A stretch of 54,044 nucleotides of DNA from Thraustochytrium aureum. Taxonomy: Eukaryota. The notes under the pieces are model-generated. The model saw nothing but the letters and a program-made list of their open reading frames with translations. It ran no database searches and was not told where the DNA came from. The translations under genes and the position numbers were made by a program. Below are positions 33,768-45,362 of the stretch, one piece after another; positions within the stretch are counted from its first letter, which is position 1; each line of letters starts with the position of its first letter. The stretch lies in the NCBI GenBank assembly GCA_012862495.1, contig BLSG01000387.1, forward strand, positions 62,001 to 116,044. The letters are read 5' to 3'.

Positions 33768-36700
33768 TCAAGCCATCGGCGCAGATCCCGTCGAAACGGC
33801 CTCGGCCTCTTCGCAGCGGCGGATCTGGTCACTGTAGCGGCGGATGTTGTCCTCGAGGTTGGCGAGCAGCGGAAACGTCTCTGGAAAGAGCTTTGTCATG
33901 AGCAGCCAAACCGGCTGCACGATGTTTTCAGTGAACGACTTTTGCAGGACCGCCTGCCGAAGGGGCGCTCGAGGCCAACCATATACGGCGCCGGCTCAAA
34001 CCCCAGCTGCCGCTCGTCCGCGGCCTGAGCGATAAACTCTTCCAACAGACGTTCCGACCAGACCCTCGACTGCTGGTAGGGGTAGCACTGGCCGCCGACA
34101 TCGATCGAGTGCAGAACAAAGTTGACAAGTTCGAGGCGGTCCGTGAGCTCCGCGCGCTTGTAGGCGGCCGCAAGCGGCCTGGCTGGCGCACCTGGCGCGG
34201 GCGCCACGAGCGAAGCGAGCCGGTTGGACACCTTCTTCACGTGGTCAAAGTGCATGGACATGTCCGTAGCCAGGATCGCCGCGATGGCCACCTTGCGAAA
34301 GTCGAGCTCGGTCTGCCGCGACGCACACTGAAGGATGTTGTTGCCCGGCCGCCGCAGGATCTGGAACGTCAGCGCCGCGTGATGCTGCTCGAGAACGGAC
34401 GAGTCGTTGTATCGCAGCGCCAGCTCCGACGCCACCTTGATTTCAAAGTCATTGTTGCGCCCTTCGTGCCCAGCGTCGTGGCCAAGCGCGGCTACGAGCA
34501 GCGCCAAGAGGTCGATTGGTTCCAGGGCTCCCGTAAACCCGCGCGACTGAACCGCGAGGGCAAAGCACATCTGGAAAACGCCCATGGCGTGGTCCCAGTT
34601 GTGGTACGGGCAGGTCTCGCTTGGCAGGTACGAGTCTTTAATTGCGCGGACAAAGCTGAGCACGGTCGAGTCCGCCATGGCGAAGCGCTCTGCGAGGCCG
34701 AGGTGCTCCAAGCCAAGCCGAACCAAGTGCGGACTCGTGTGCCCGTCAAGGTCAAACACGTTCAGGCACCACTGGCGGCTCTGCGCCACGAGCTCTTGGG
34801 AGAGCGGGACAGCCGACGTCGAACTAGTGTCCAGGTCGACCACGTACTGGGCCCCCGGGCACACCTTGGTGCCGACGTGCTCGAGGATCTCGGCCGAGCA
34901 GGAGCGGCGCTTGAGGAGCTTGAACCGCTTCTTGTTGTCCGCCGCGCTCCGCCGCGAGCTGCACTTGCACTGGTCGAGGTTCTTCACGCAAAACTGAAAG
35001 CCTCGAAGGCGGCGAAGCATTCGCTGAAAGATTCCCACCGCGCGGAAAAAGTACGTCAGCCTCGACACGAGCTTAAACATGCGCGCCTTGGACCGTGCAG
35101 TCCGTATCACGACGGAGCTGCTGCGTCGGTGTGCGGTGAGGCCGGCCACGTCGCGGTGAAAGTCGTTGCTTGTCGTGGTTTCAGCCAGAAGCGAGGCTGT
35201 GAGGATCTTGCTAAAGTCGCGCGGCTGCTCGTTGAGCACCTCGCTGATCACATTCTCGTAGTGGGCGTCAAGAGCGTTTCGCTCCAGCACGTTCCCAATC
35301 TCGGTTGAGATGGACTCGAGGATCATCTCGTCCTCTCGCGTGAAGAACGTGATCCCCGCATACTCGTTCTGGTCTGCTGCGGCGCTGTCCCAGTCCTCGG
35401 CCCCAAACGACGCCGTCGGACCGGCACTTGGCCTGTGGGGCGGTAGAGCGGGCGGCGCCGAGAGGGCAGAGTACGCGGAAAGCTTGAAGCCTCCGTCGGA
35501 CCGCGCCTCCAGGGGCGGCAGGATCGGCTCGGACGAGCCCCGGATCGCGACCTTGTTAATAACGACGAGCACAGCGACGAGGTTGCCGGCAGAGCTGCTG
35601 ACCGGGGCGGCCAGCATGGAGCGCGTCAAGTAGCCCGTGAACCGGTCGCCGCTCGGGTTGAAGCGTCTGTCTTGGTAGCAATCGCGGATGTTGAGCATGA
35701 GGCCGCTGTTGGCGACCGTGCCGATGATGCCCACGCCATACGGGACGCGAGACCCCTTGTAGTCCTTCGAGATGCAGCACCAAAGCTCGCGCTTGGCCGC
35801 GTCGCAGAGGTACAGCGAAACGCGGTCGGCGCGCATAACCTTGTAGACCGACATCATTAGCCGTTCGATCAGGTTGGGGAGGTGGACGTGGCTGTCCTCC
35901 CGGATGTGTCGAGACGCGTTCGCGAGGTCGAGCAGCGCAGACGCGCGGCGTTGGGCGGCAAGCGCCGAGTCAAAGAGGACAAACTTGTGAAGCACGTTGC
36001 CTGCGTTCGCGGCGATTGCCTCCAAGATGGTGATGTCAATGTCGCTAAACCCCTCGGCGCGGTCCGTGTCGACGCATTGCAGAACCCCGACGGGCTCCGT
36101 GTGCGTCCCAAACAAGATCGGAATCAGCACTGCGTTCCGGTGCCCCACCAGCGCGTCGTTCTCGGCGACGGCGCCTTTTGACACCGCGCTCGGGATGTCG
36201 TTCAGCCATACCGTCTCGCCAGAGAAGGCCACAAAGCCCGCCATCGAAGCGAGCGGGTCGCCTGAGACAACCTGCAGCCCGGTCGCGGTGCGCTTCGGGC
36301 CTGCCCTGTCGGCGCCAGCTTTCGCTGCGGCCTGCTTGCTCGAGCCGGTCCCTGCGCTCGCAGCCTCAGAGTCCTCCTCGTCCGAGATGATAGGATAGAG
36401 GACCTGATAGCCTTGCTGGGCCTGACGGTCGTGCAGAGCGCCTTGCGACGGAGCCGGGGAAGGGCTTCGCGAGGACGGCGAGCGGGAGGAGACAGACCCA
36501 GAACCTGAGCCATCGTCCTCCTCCAGCGGGCTCGCAAAGTAAAACACGACGCCCCCAACCTGGACAAGCGAGTGGATCCCGTGCACCAGCTCGTGCACCG
36601 CCTTGGAGGTGCTAACCTTGCTATTCAGTCGCGCAGTGAGCTCAAACAAGGCGCGGTACCGCTCGAGCTCTTTCTCTTGTTCCGCGGGGTCGGCCACACT

Positions 36701-36829
36701 CGGCGCGCGAGTGCCAGCGTCCGAGAGCCGGCGGCGACGAATCGTGCCAGGGCCGGCCATGTCGAGCACCTTGGCAGCGTCGGCTTGCTCGGACCGCGAG
36801 GACGCGCTTGCTCCAACCTCATTTCGCAT
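33768..36829 (-). CDS. GAF-GAF class I cyclic nucleotide phosphodiesterase
   Basis: Two GAF domains; catalytic YHNWDHA, HDAGHEGRNN, SVLEQHH, ILATDM and EEFIAQ. Adding one C at 33962-33965 restores QKSFTENIVQPVW...APMA* (stop 33768). Confidence 0.93.
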
Positions 36830-38452
36830 CGCGCTCCGTCAAAGTACCGTTGTCCTTTCGATGCTCGGGAGCAACCTGCTCGCGCTGCTTGGCCTCGCCG
36901 CCGCTGCAGCAGGCGATCGCGGCAGAATCTCGAGGGCAGAATCTCGAGTGGTATTGCGATTTGGTTTTGATCAAGTCACCGTCGTGGGCCAAGCTGCATT
37001 GTTCGCCGGGCAACAAGCGTCGCGGATCTTCTGATTGTCCGCCTTGGAGTTAAACACAGTGCTCGCCTCCAAGAATGTGCTCGTTTTGCGTCTGCCTGGC
37101 ACGGCGTTCGAAGATGGCCTTTCGTTCAGCGCGCGGAAACGCCCGTGAACGTGCTCGGTCCCCCGGAATGCGTGCTCGTCGCAAAATACGCGCAGCACGC
37201 CCTGGCGCGTCTTTGCCGTCCAGTTGCTCTCTCCGCTCGAAACGAGCTGACGCCGCGCTCGCCTGCTCCCAGCTCCAGCCAGCCAGCCGCAGCAACCCAC
37301 GAAAAAATAATTCAGCGGCGCCTGCGCAACACAGAAGCCCTAAACGCTCTCTCTTGCGCGCCGAGCCCCGGACTGCGCCTCTCTGCGTTCGCGCAAGCGC
37401 TGCGCCGGCGGCGGCGCCTTGCACACTACACAGTGCCCAGCAGAGCGAGCGGAGGCGAGGTCCAAGAGGCGTCCGGGCCACCTCGCCAGCACGCCAGCCT
37501 GCCTGNNNNNNNNNNNNNNNNNNNNNNNNNNNNNNNNNNNNNNNNNNNNNNNNNNNNNNNNNNNNNNNNNNNNNNNNNNNNNNNNNNNNNNNNNNNNNCC
37601 TGCCTGCCTGCCTGAGTGACAAAGCAAGCAAGCGAGCGAGCGAGCGAGCGAGCGAGCACGCTGGTGCTCACTCGGAGCGGCGCTCCGGTGCGTTTCTGCC
37701 TCGGTCGATGCTCGTCGGCCGCGCTCTTTCGTTCAGTGTCTGCGAGCTCGCACATTGGCCTACCTCACCGCTTGACCAAACGCCTCCACAGCGCCTATTC
37801 CCGTTGCGTTCTGCCACCACCCGACCCAGCTCCCTCGCACCTTTGTCGCGTACGCGGGCCGGACTTGGTGCGTGCGATTGAAGGAAATGTCCTCGCGTCC
37901 CGGACGAGTTGCGAGCGTACGGGACTCAGGGTTGCTCGCAGGATGGAAGAGCACGCCTGTGACGGCGTCCGACGACAGCGTCTTGCTTGTTGCGGGCTGG
38001 GCTGGCCAGGCGCGCGACGGACGGAGCAGCGGCGAGACTGCGCGACGAGGCACGGCCGGCCCTCTGCGCCATGCTGCTCAGGTTCAATGTCCATCGGTGC
38101 TGCTGTTCTCGCTCTCTAGCTAGTAGATCGTCCAATACGACGGTTGATGATCATGATGGTTGGATGTTCATGGAATCCAGCCGCTCGCGCTGGTTTGGCA
38201 TGCTCAAACCCAGCGAAAGCACTTGAGAGGTGAAGAGCGAGGAGAGTGCGCTGAGCGCACTGCGACGTTTCGAGCGAGTTGCAGGACACGAATTCTCCCA
38301 CCTTTCACGATCGTCACGCGGCAATACCGTGGCAAGTCCCCAAGAATCTGAAAATCAAACAATCTTATTGTACTCGAGTTGGGCCTGCGAGCTCTACAGG
38401 GTCCCTGCATGCTCGGCTCGGTTTCTACTACCATTTCAGATGCTTCCGGCGG

Positions 38453-39970
38453 CTACCTACGTGAAGAAACGGTCCCTCCAGCAAGCGGAAGCAAGCGACG
38501 CTCTACGCCGGCGTCGCCGAGACGAAACACAATGGCCGCCATCTGGCAAGCCGGCTGAAGCACCGTGTAGTCGTATCCGCACGCCACAGCGCGGATCGGC
38601 GGTAAATCGGCCAGCAGTTCTGGCTCCAAAACGCAGACGCTCGCTCGCCTGCGCACGCCGGCCACCGGCTGGGCCGAGGAAAGTTGGCCCGCTGCATAAA
38701 CGCGCCCAGAGCACGCGAGGAAAATAGAGTGGGCGCGCCCAGCAGCGACGGCAACGATTCGCTCGCCGAGGAGCGCCAAGGAGCCCACGAGACGCGGGGT
38801 CGCCGCGTCTGCGGCGTTGCCTGTCCCGAGGATCCCGAAATCGCCTTTGCCAAAAGCGAACACAAACCCCTCCGAAGTGATGACAAAGGTTGCAAAGAGA
38901 GAGCAGCACACTCGCGCGGCGCGCGGCTCGTGATCGAGTACAGGCGCTGCATCAAGCCTCTGGCCGTCGCCCGAGGAGGACGGCTCGCCGTCTTTGCTTT
39001 CCTCCTCCTCGCGCCCCGTGTCGCTGTCCCCAGGGTGCCGCAGAGCAGGGTTGCAGAGCCGCACTTGCCGAAACTCGTTCGTAGCGACAAAGTCCCCCGT
39101 CCCAAGTTGCCCGTAGTGGTTAAAGCCGGCGGCCCACGCGCGCCCGTCTTTGTCCACAGCACAGGTGTGGTACATTCCGCACGACGCTTCCTGGATGCCG
39201 CAGAGGCCGCGGACACGCCGGGGCCGGCTCACAACCGGCTCCCTGACTTGGCCAAGCCCAAGCTGGCCGTCTGCGGCGTCGCCGAGCATGTAGAGCAGGC
39301 CCGACTCTGTGACGAGAGCGACGTGCGCTCTGCTGCAAGCCGCGGAGCGGACGCGCTCGCCGTGGGGAAGGAACACGGGGTGCCCCACCAGCTGCGGCGA
39401 CCACATCTGAGCCGCGTCGTCGGACGGGTCCGCGCTCGCGCTGCTAACGTCCAACATGAAGCTCCCGTCCCCAAACACCACCACCGAGAGCCCCTCTGTC
39501 GCCGCCTCCATCCGAACCGGGAGTTGGGAGCTCCTTCCTGGGATGACGCTCGTCTCGTTCTTAGGCGTTGTACTCGGAGGAGTCGGCGCTATGGTGGCGG
39601 ACAATGGGTCTGCGTCCGCGACAGGCCCAGATGCGCGGAAGCGGGCCCGGGAGCCGCCGCGACTGGCTTGCGCGTTCTTGGCATCTGCGTCTCGAACGAC
39701 TGGCACGCAGGTCCCGGCCCCGTGAAGCGGGTGTTGCTTGCTCAACGCGAAGAGCTCTGCAAAGTGCAGGAACCGGCCGAGCGATTCGCCAGCGTAAAGT
39801 TTGTCCTCAATAGCGTCTGCGTCGTAGCCTCGGGCCACGAGGGCGCGTGCCGTGCCTTTCCTCGCGAGTCGCTGCGCCCATCTGCTCGCTGTCCCGAACG
39901 CGCCCAAGTCCGCCGCGTTCAGCATCCCGCACACCACATCCTCCAAAACGAAATCAGGCAGCGCTTCCAT
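38453..39970 (-). CDS. F-box-like + RCC1-repeat protein
   Basis: N-terminal MEALPDFVLEDVVCGML..DL..FGTASR (F-box-like); RCC1 repeats GQLGLG, SCGMYHT, GFNHYGQLG, FGKGDFGILG and AAGRAHS. Confidence 0.85.
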   Translation of the reverse strand: MEALPDFVLEDVVCGMLNAADLGAFGTASRWAQRLARKGTARALVARGYDADAIEDKLYAGESLGRFLHFAELFALSKQHPLHGAGTCVPVVRDADAKNAQASRGGSRARFRASGPVADADPLSATIAPTPPSTTPKNETSVIPGRSSQLPVRMEAATEGLSVVVFGDGSFMLDVSSASADPSDDAAQMWSPQLVGHPVFLPHGERVRSAACSRAHVALVTESGLLYMLGDAADGQLGLGQVREPVVSRPRRVRGLCGIQEASCGMYHTCAVDKDGRAWAAGFNHYGQLGTGDFVATNEFRQVRLCNPALRHPGDSDTGREEEESKDGEPSSSGDGQRLDAAPVLDHEPRAARVCCSLFATFVITSEGFVFAFGKGDFGILGTGNAADAATPRLVGSLALLGERIVAVAAGRAHSIFLACSGRVYAAGQLSSAQPVAGVRRRASVCVLEPELLADLPPIRAVACGYDYTVLQPACQMAAIVFRLGDAGVERRLLPLAGGTVSSRR

Positions 39971-40515
39971 GACAGCACGCTGCCTCACGTCAGCGCCACA
40001 CGGTCCCGGCAACCTCCCGAGACCCCACGGGCTCCCCCAGAAACGCGGAGGCGGCCAGCCAGCCGGCGAGCCCGCCAGCCAGGCACGCAGCCAGCAGGCA
40101 GCAGGCACGCAGCAAGGCGAGCAGGCGTCTTTTCAGAGACACCCTGCTGCGGCGCCGTGGACCCGTCACTTGGCGGTCTGCAGCGCGTTTCGCACTTTTC
40201 AACGTTCTGGCTCTCGATCGCGTTCACCCTGCCCCGCAAAAACCAAAACCGGGCTCCTCGTCAGGCTCGCACAAAACCGCGAGGGACAAGCGCGCGCGTA
40301 GGACCAGTTGCGTTGCACGAGGCCGTCCATCAGCAGAAGCCAGAGCGTCCCGCGCCGCGCGGCCCTCTCCCCGCAGACTGCTGTCTCAGCTCTTCTGCCT
40401 TGAGCTCTGGAAGCCTCGAGAGGCACAAGCCGTTGCTGGCGCTCGATTGCGTTCACTTCAATCAATCCACCGTTCAGGCGCTGCTGGTCCACTCCGCTCG
40501 AAGAGGCGCACTGGC

Positions 40516-40638
40516 ATGGACTGACGCGCATGGAATGGTCTTGACGTGATCGCCCACTCTCGCATTGACGCTCATGCAATGGTCTTGACGCGATCGCCCA
40601 CTGGCATTGACGCTCATGGAATGGTCTTGACGTGATCG
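40516..40638. repeat. ~42-bp tandem repeat x3
   Basis: GCATTGACGCTCATGGAATGGTCTTGACGTGATCGCCCACT-like units. Confidence 0.88.
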
Positions 40639-41346
40639 ATCACACCCGCCACTGGCCGGCGGGCTGGCCCAAGGGAGCGAGTGCTCGGGGACTCGCCGCC
40701 GTTCCGTTGCCGCAGCGCGATTGTGCCGGCCGTTCGGGCTCGCTTTGTCGCACCTTCTGCCTCGTCACGAAGAGTCCCCTCTCGTAACAGCTCCCGCCGC
40801 GGCGCCGGTATGAGCCGTTTCCACGGGGTTAATGCACGCCGTAGATAGCGTTATGTATTAGGCGTTGGTTCTGCACGACTGTACTAAACATCAGGGACGC
40901 CCATGTGACGCGAAGGTTCAGAGCGCGCAGAGAAGCAGAGCGCGACATGCCAACGAAAATCGCGGGCAAAGATAAATCTTCCCCGTGGACGCTGTTTGCG
41001 ATACAATGTGCGAGCAGCCTGCTCGGCGCTCCCTCGCAGAATCTCCGGGCACGTTGGAGGCAAGGGAGAAGAGAGCGAGGAAGAAAAACGACGAAACAGA
41101 AACGGAGAACAGCCCGAAAACCGAGCAGACAGTCCCTTGTCGCACGGCTCTGACGCAGAGCCGCCACCGCACGCCAGAACTGACAAGCCCAGGGGACGGC
41201 CTGGCTCGAGCTACGGTACGACTTCGCGCGACGCCCGAACCGTGCTGCTCGCGGACTGCGCCTCGCGGGTCAGTCAGTCGGTCGGTCACTGCTCGTCGGG
41301 TCCAAGTCAAGGTCGGCCGAGAAGGAGGCAGCAGCGTCGCGGCACG

Positions 41347-42435
41347 ATGGGACTCGCGCCATGGGTCGTCGGCGTGATCCTGTCGATACTAGCAGCATTC
41401 TGCGCGGCTCTTGGCGACAACCTGGTGAAAAAGTCGTTTTTGCGCGCCAAGGAGCAAGAGGCCGAGGGGCTGGCCACGCCGCCGCTCTACAAGCGGCCGC
41501 TTTGGGTCCTCGGCATGTTCAACATCATCGCGCTCAACTGCAGCCTTAACATCGCGAGCTATGCTTTCGCCGACGCCTCGATCACGATCCCCTTCGGCGG
41601 CCTCCACATCGTGCTGAACATCCCCCTTGCACGCTGGCTTAACAACGAGCGGTGTTCGAACAAGGCGCTCATGTACAACGGAGTCATCATGGTCGGCGTC
41701 ATGGTGGTTCTTGTCACCGGCAACCACGACTCGAACTTCTTCACCGCTCACGAGCTGTTTCTCAACATGTTCGACCCGGTCTTCATCCTGTGCTCTGCCG
41801 CACTCGGTGGCCTGGTGGGCTACATCGTGTTCGTCATGTTGAGGTCCCCCAAGCCCTCGCGGCGCCGCGCCGGACTCTCCGTTTTGTGCGGGATCGTTGG
41901 GTCCATGACGCAGGTGTTTGCAAAGGCCATGAGCGAGTGTCTCAAGGACGGGGCCTGGTCGTCCTTGTTCACCTGGTTTTGCATCCTGCTCACCATTTTC
42001 CTCGCGCTCACCCAAGTGCGCCTCCTCAACGAGTGCCTGGATCGCTACGCCGCCTTTTTCGTCGTCCCCATCGTCAACAGTGTCATCATCGTTGTTGGGT
42101 CTCTGTACGCTGCAGTCTACTTTGAGGAACTCGAGCGATGGAGCGCGACGTCGCGCGTGTTCGTTCCGCTCGGGATCGGGCTCACGAGCCTCGGCATTGG
42201 CCTCTTGGCGACAGAAAAGGACAAGGATCTCTACGAATGCCCCTCCGAGGTAGCCGACGACCTCGTCGGCGACGAGGAGGATGGCCAGGTCATCGACCTT
42301 GCCGCCGCGCTAGGCCCTCCAGGCTCGCCGCGGCACCAGAGTGCCGAGTGCGTTGGTGCCGCCTGCTCTGATGCGGCAGAGCCGCTCACGCCCTCCTCTG
42401 GTGGCAATGCATACGTGCGCCTGGAGGAAGTGTGA
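41347..42435 (+). CDS. NIPA-family magnesium transporter (DMT superfamily)
   Basis: ALGDNLVKK, PLWVLGM, ASYAFADASITIPFG, LLNECLDRYAAFFVVPI and YFEE; about 9 TMs. Confidence 0.88.
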   Translation: MGLAPWVVGVILSILAAFCAALGDNLVKKSFLRAKEQEAEGLATPPLYKRPLWVLGMFNIIALNCSLNIASYAFADASITIPFGGLHIVLNIPLARWLNNERCSNKALMYNGVIMVGVMVVLVTGNHDSNFFTAHELFLNMFDPVFILCSAALGGLVGYIVFVMLRSPKPSRRRAGLSVLCGIVGSMTQVFAKAMSECLKDGAWSSLFTWFCILLTIFLALTQVRLLNECLDRYAAFFVVPIVNSVIIVVGSLYAAVYFEELERWSATSRVFVPLGIGLTSLGIGLLATEKDKDLYECPSEVADDLVGDEEDGQVIDLAAALGPPGSPRHQSAECVGAACSDAAEPLTPSSGGNAYVRLEEV

Positions 42436-42611
42436 GTCTGGCGCGCATTCCCACTCTGCCTGGAGCGAGTCCTTGTCCAAATACTGTACGCATACCTACA
42501 CAAAAAGCCACAACTCGCGTGCGCCGTGCCGACCTTCGAAAGCCGAGGGCCAGCGCATGGCCGCACAGAGTCGGAGCGACCGTAGTGAATCAGTTTTTTT
42601 ATTCCCTACTG

Positions 42612-43679
42612 CTATGTCGCGGACGACGCACTTGAAGAGTGCTTCACGGAAGCCGCGCCGCTGCTCGAGCCCAGGCCGGGGCTCACTGCACCGCGAATGC
42701 GAGAGTAGGAAGACCTTGGCTTGAACAGAATGCTGTGCATGTAGGAGGTGGCCGCGGCTCCAGAGAGAGGCTGGAGAACTGCTGCATAGGGCACAAAGGT
42801 TCGAAAAAAAGGGACCGCGCCAATAAGAAGATACTGGCCAGCAATGTTCACCGCACCGATGGCGCAATGCTTCCTCGCATTTGCCAGCCGACTCCGCAGC
42901 CTGACCATTCGCTCCGTGACAGAGTCGCTCGCTCCCACACACAGATTCAGCGAGGAATCGATGGCTTCAACGAACGCGGAGAGGATCTGCTGGGTGTAGT
43001 ACAGGTAGATCAGCATGAGCAAAATGAAACCACAAACGTGGTAGATCGTCATTGCTACGTCAAAGTCCTCCCCAAGAAAGTAGAGCAGGATTGGCGGGGC
43101 AAACATGCAGTTGAGGACGCCAAACATGACCGTCGCGACGCCGTAGCGCCGCGCTCGGTCGAGCACGGCTTGCGGCTTGGCGCTCTCCAGGCCGCGCGTC
43201 GTGAGCGCCGCGCTCGCCATGACGTAGATAAAGTGCGCAAAGTGCAGCCACCACGCACTGCCTGCGATGGGCATCAGAAAGGAGATTGGGTCGCGCCCGA
43301 CAAGCGCCGTTGTGTCGCTCGCTCGCACAAGAGCTGCGAAGGCCTGGATCATATCGCTGGCAAAACCGGTGCAATGCAACACAATGCGCTGGTCTTGCCA
43401 CCACAAGCGTCTCGAACGACGCCGCGCTGGCCGGGTAAGCACTATCTCGCGGGGGAGGACGAAAGCGCGGGCGACAAGGAGGCACACGAGCCATACAGCG
43501 GTGATCTCCCAAAGCGCCTTGAGCGCTCCCTTGTGCACATTGCACGACCGTCCAGCCTTGATCATGAAGTCGCCAGCGCCAGTGAAGCTTGGCTTGCACT
43601 CGCACATGGACGTGTTTGCGTTGCATGCGCCTCCGTAGGGGCACGCCTCGAACGGCCAGTATGCTATCTCTTCGCACAT
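42612..43679 (-). CDS. EGF-like N-terminal + 7TM membrane protein (paralog 1)
   Basis: MCEEIAYWPFEACPYGGACNANTSMCECKPSFTGAGDF...SC followed by seven hydrophobic segments. Confidence 0.8.
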   Translation of the reverse strand: MCEEIAYWPFEACPYGGACNANTSMCECKPSFTGAGDFMIKAGRSCNVHKGALKALWEITAVWLVCLLVARAFVLPREIVLTRPARRRSRRLWWQDQRIVLHCTGFASDMIQAFAALVRASDTTALVGRDPISFLMPIAGSAWWLHFAHFIYVMASAALTTRGLESAKPQAVLDRARRYGVATVMFGVLNCMFAPPILLYFLGEDFDVAMTIYHVCGFILLMLIYLYYTQQILSAFVEAIDSSLNLCVGASDSVTERMVRLRSRLANARKHCAIGAVNIAGQYLLIGAVPFFRTFVPYAAVLQPLSGAAATSYMHSILFKPRSSYSRIRGAVSPGLGSSSGAASVKHSSSASSAT

Positions 43680-44261
43680 GGCTGTGCGCGGCGCGCGGCT
43701 CAGCCGGGCCCGCCGTTCTGCTGTTGTTGGCGATTGCGCCAAGATGGATTGCACTGCAGCACAAGGTGGGATATCCGTTGAAACCTCGCCTATTTTCCCT
43801 ATTTTTCTTTTTGGAGTTTGCGGAGAAGGTCAGCTCGTCACCTTCGCTCCTCCAAGCGCAGGGTGGTAAATACCTGCTCTAGTTCATGGGGTGCGCAAAT
43901 GCCAGGTCGCCACCCTCGCTCCTCCAAGCGCAGTGTGTTGGCTCGCAGAACTAAATGGTGCGGAAATTGTCAGCTCGTCACCTGCAATGTGAAAGCGCAG
44001 GGTCCCACCAAGTCGGTTGGTTGAGCGCTTCCCAGTGCACGAGCCGCGTCCCAACGCGGGATGCCCCAGACAAGCTCTCCAGCTCTTGCTCTACTCGAGC
44101 TCTCTACTCGTTGAGACAGGAAGGAATCGGGTTCCGAATACCTGAATGGGGTTTTACCTCGCCGCCATCGCCAAGAGCATTATTTCCAACTCGTTCGGAC
44201 CTCGCAGAGGTCGAGTATCGCGAATGGTTGCATGCCACGTTTGGGCCACGGGAGTTTGGTC

Positions 44262-45362
44262 TCACTCCAGAAAGCCTTTCGCCGAGGCTGTCTGCTTGCT
44301 CCTGCTGCTCTTTGAGCCCGTCGGAGCTACAGCTGATCGCGAGATGCCCAGTATTAGCTTGGAGGGATTAGGGAGTCTCTTGTTGAAGACGCGATGAATT
44401 GTTATCGTCCCGAAGACACCCGAAATCACGGTCAGCGGCTGGAGCACAGGAGTCTGCGTCGATAAGAAAGGCACAGCAGCGACCAGTCCACAGAAACCTG
44501 CGTTCTGCAGGCTAATCGAAGTTGAGACCGTGCGCACGGCGACCAAGTTATCTCTCAGCTTGGACAGGCTAGGCCGGCGCGCTTCTGAGCAACTTGGCGA
44601 CGATAGCGCTCTCTCGACGTTGGCCTGGATACCAAGGGTTCCGTACCGGAACGGAACAATCAGGACAGCAGTCGTAAACGTCATCCCTACTGCGAAATAG
44701 CGCGCCGCGGCGGTATCAAAGTCTGGTCCTCCAAGCAGGAGTAGGATCGGAGGTATGATTTGCGTGTTGAGGCAGCCAAGCGGGAGGAGAACAACCCCGA
44801 TTGCCAGAGCTCGCCTCAGAGACTTGATCGCGGACGTCGTGCTCAATCCGTTGACAAAGATTGTGGCCCTCGCGATATCATACAGCACGTGCCCAGAGTG
44901 CACGAACCAGGCGGGGCCGACAAGCGGCATTAGAATAGACACCAGACCGTCCTCGCCGACGAGCTTGTCGGGGCGCGCCACCTTGAGTGCAGAGTAGAGG
45001 AACTGCAATATGTCGCACGCGCAACCTGTAAGCATCAATCGGCCGTCGCGGCTCCTCTGCAGCTGCATTGCAGCCTGCTGTGTTTGTCTCGCGGTGATAT
45101 CCTGACGGGGCCTGCTCTGCTGATAGTCGCGCAGCAACAAGAGTCGAAAGGCAAGCGTCACGCTCGTCCCTGCAAGTGCAATCGCCCAGAGCACGCGAAC
45201 GAGGGCGGCTGGAACACTGCAGGACCGTCCTGGCCTCAGAACAAAGTCCCCCCGATCGGAAAACACCGCCACGTCATCGCAGACGCATAGCGAGAGATTG
45301 GCGTCGCAACGACCGCCGTAGGGGCACGGCCCAAGCGGCCAGAGTGCCAGGTCGTCGCACAT
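44262..45362 (-). CDS. EGF-like N-terminal + 7TM membrane protein (paralog 2)
   Basis: MCDDLALWPLGPCPYGGRCDANLSLCVC..GDFVLRPGRSC; shares LVG.D, LMP..G.AW, GxLN..PPILL, AVPF and VLQPL with paralog 1. Confidence 0.8.
   Translation of the reverse strand: MCDDLALWPLGPCPYGGRCDANLSLCVCDDVAVFSDRGDFVLRPGRSCSVPAALVRVLWAIALAGTSVTLAFRLLLLRDYQQSRPRQDITARQTQQAAMQLQRSRDGRLMLTGCACDILQFLYSALKVARPDKLVGEDGLVSILMPLVGPAWFVHSGHVLYDIARATIFVNGLSTTSAIKSLRRALAIGVVLLPLGCLNTQIIPPILLLLGGPDFDTAAARYFAVGMTFTTAVLIVPFRYGTLGIQANVERALSSPSCSEARRPSLSKLRDNLVAVRTVSTSISLQNAGFCGLVAAVPFLSTQTPVLQPLTVISGVFGTITIHRVFNKRLPNPSKLILGISRSAVAPTGSKSSRSKQTASAKGFLE

Noticed and set aside
38684..40549. 621-aa plus-strand ORF and similar long antisense ORFs (e.g. 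34109..35308, 23549..24460, 28068..29585)
   Set aside because: GC-rich shadow frames opposite recognisable genes, with no domain features.
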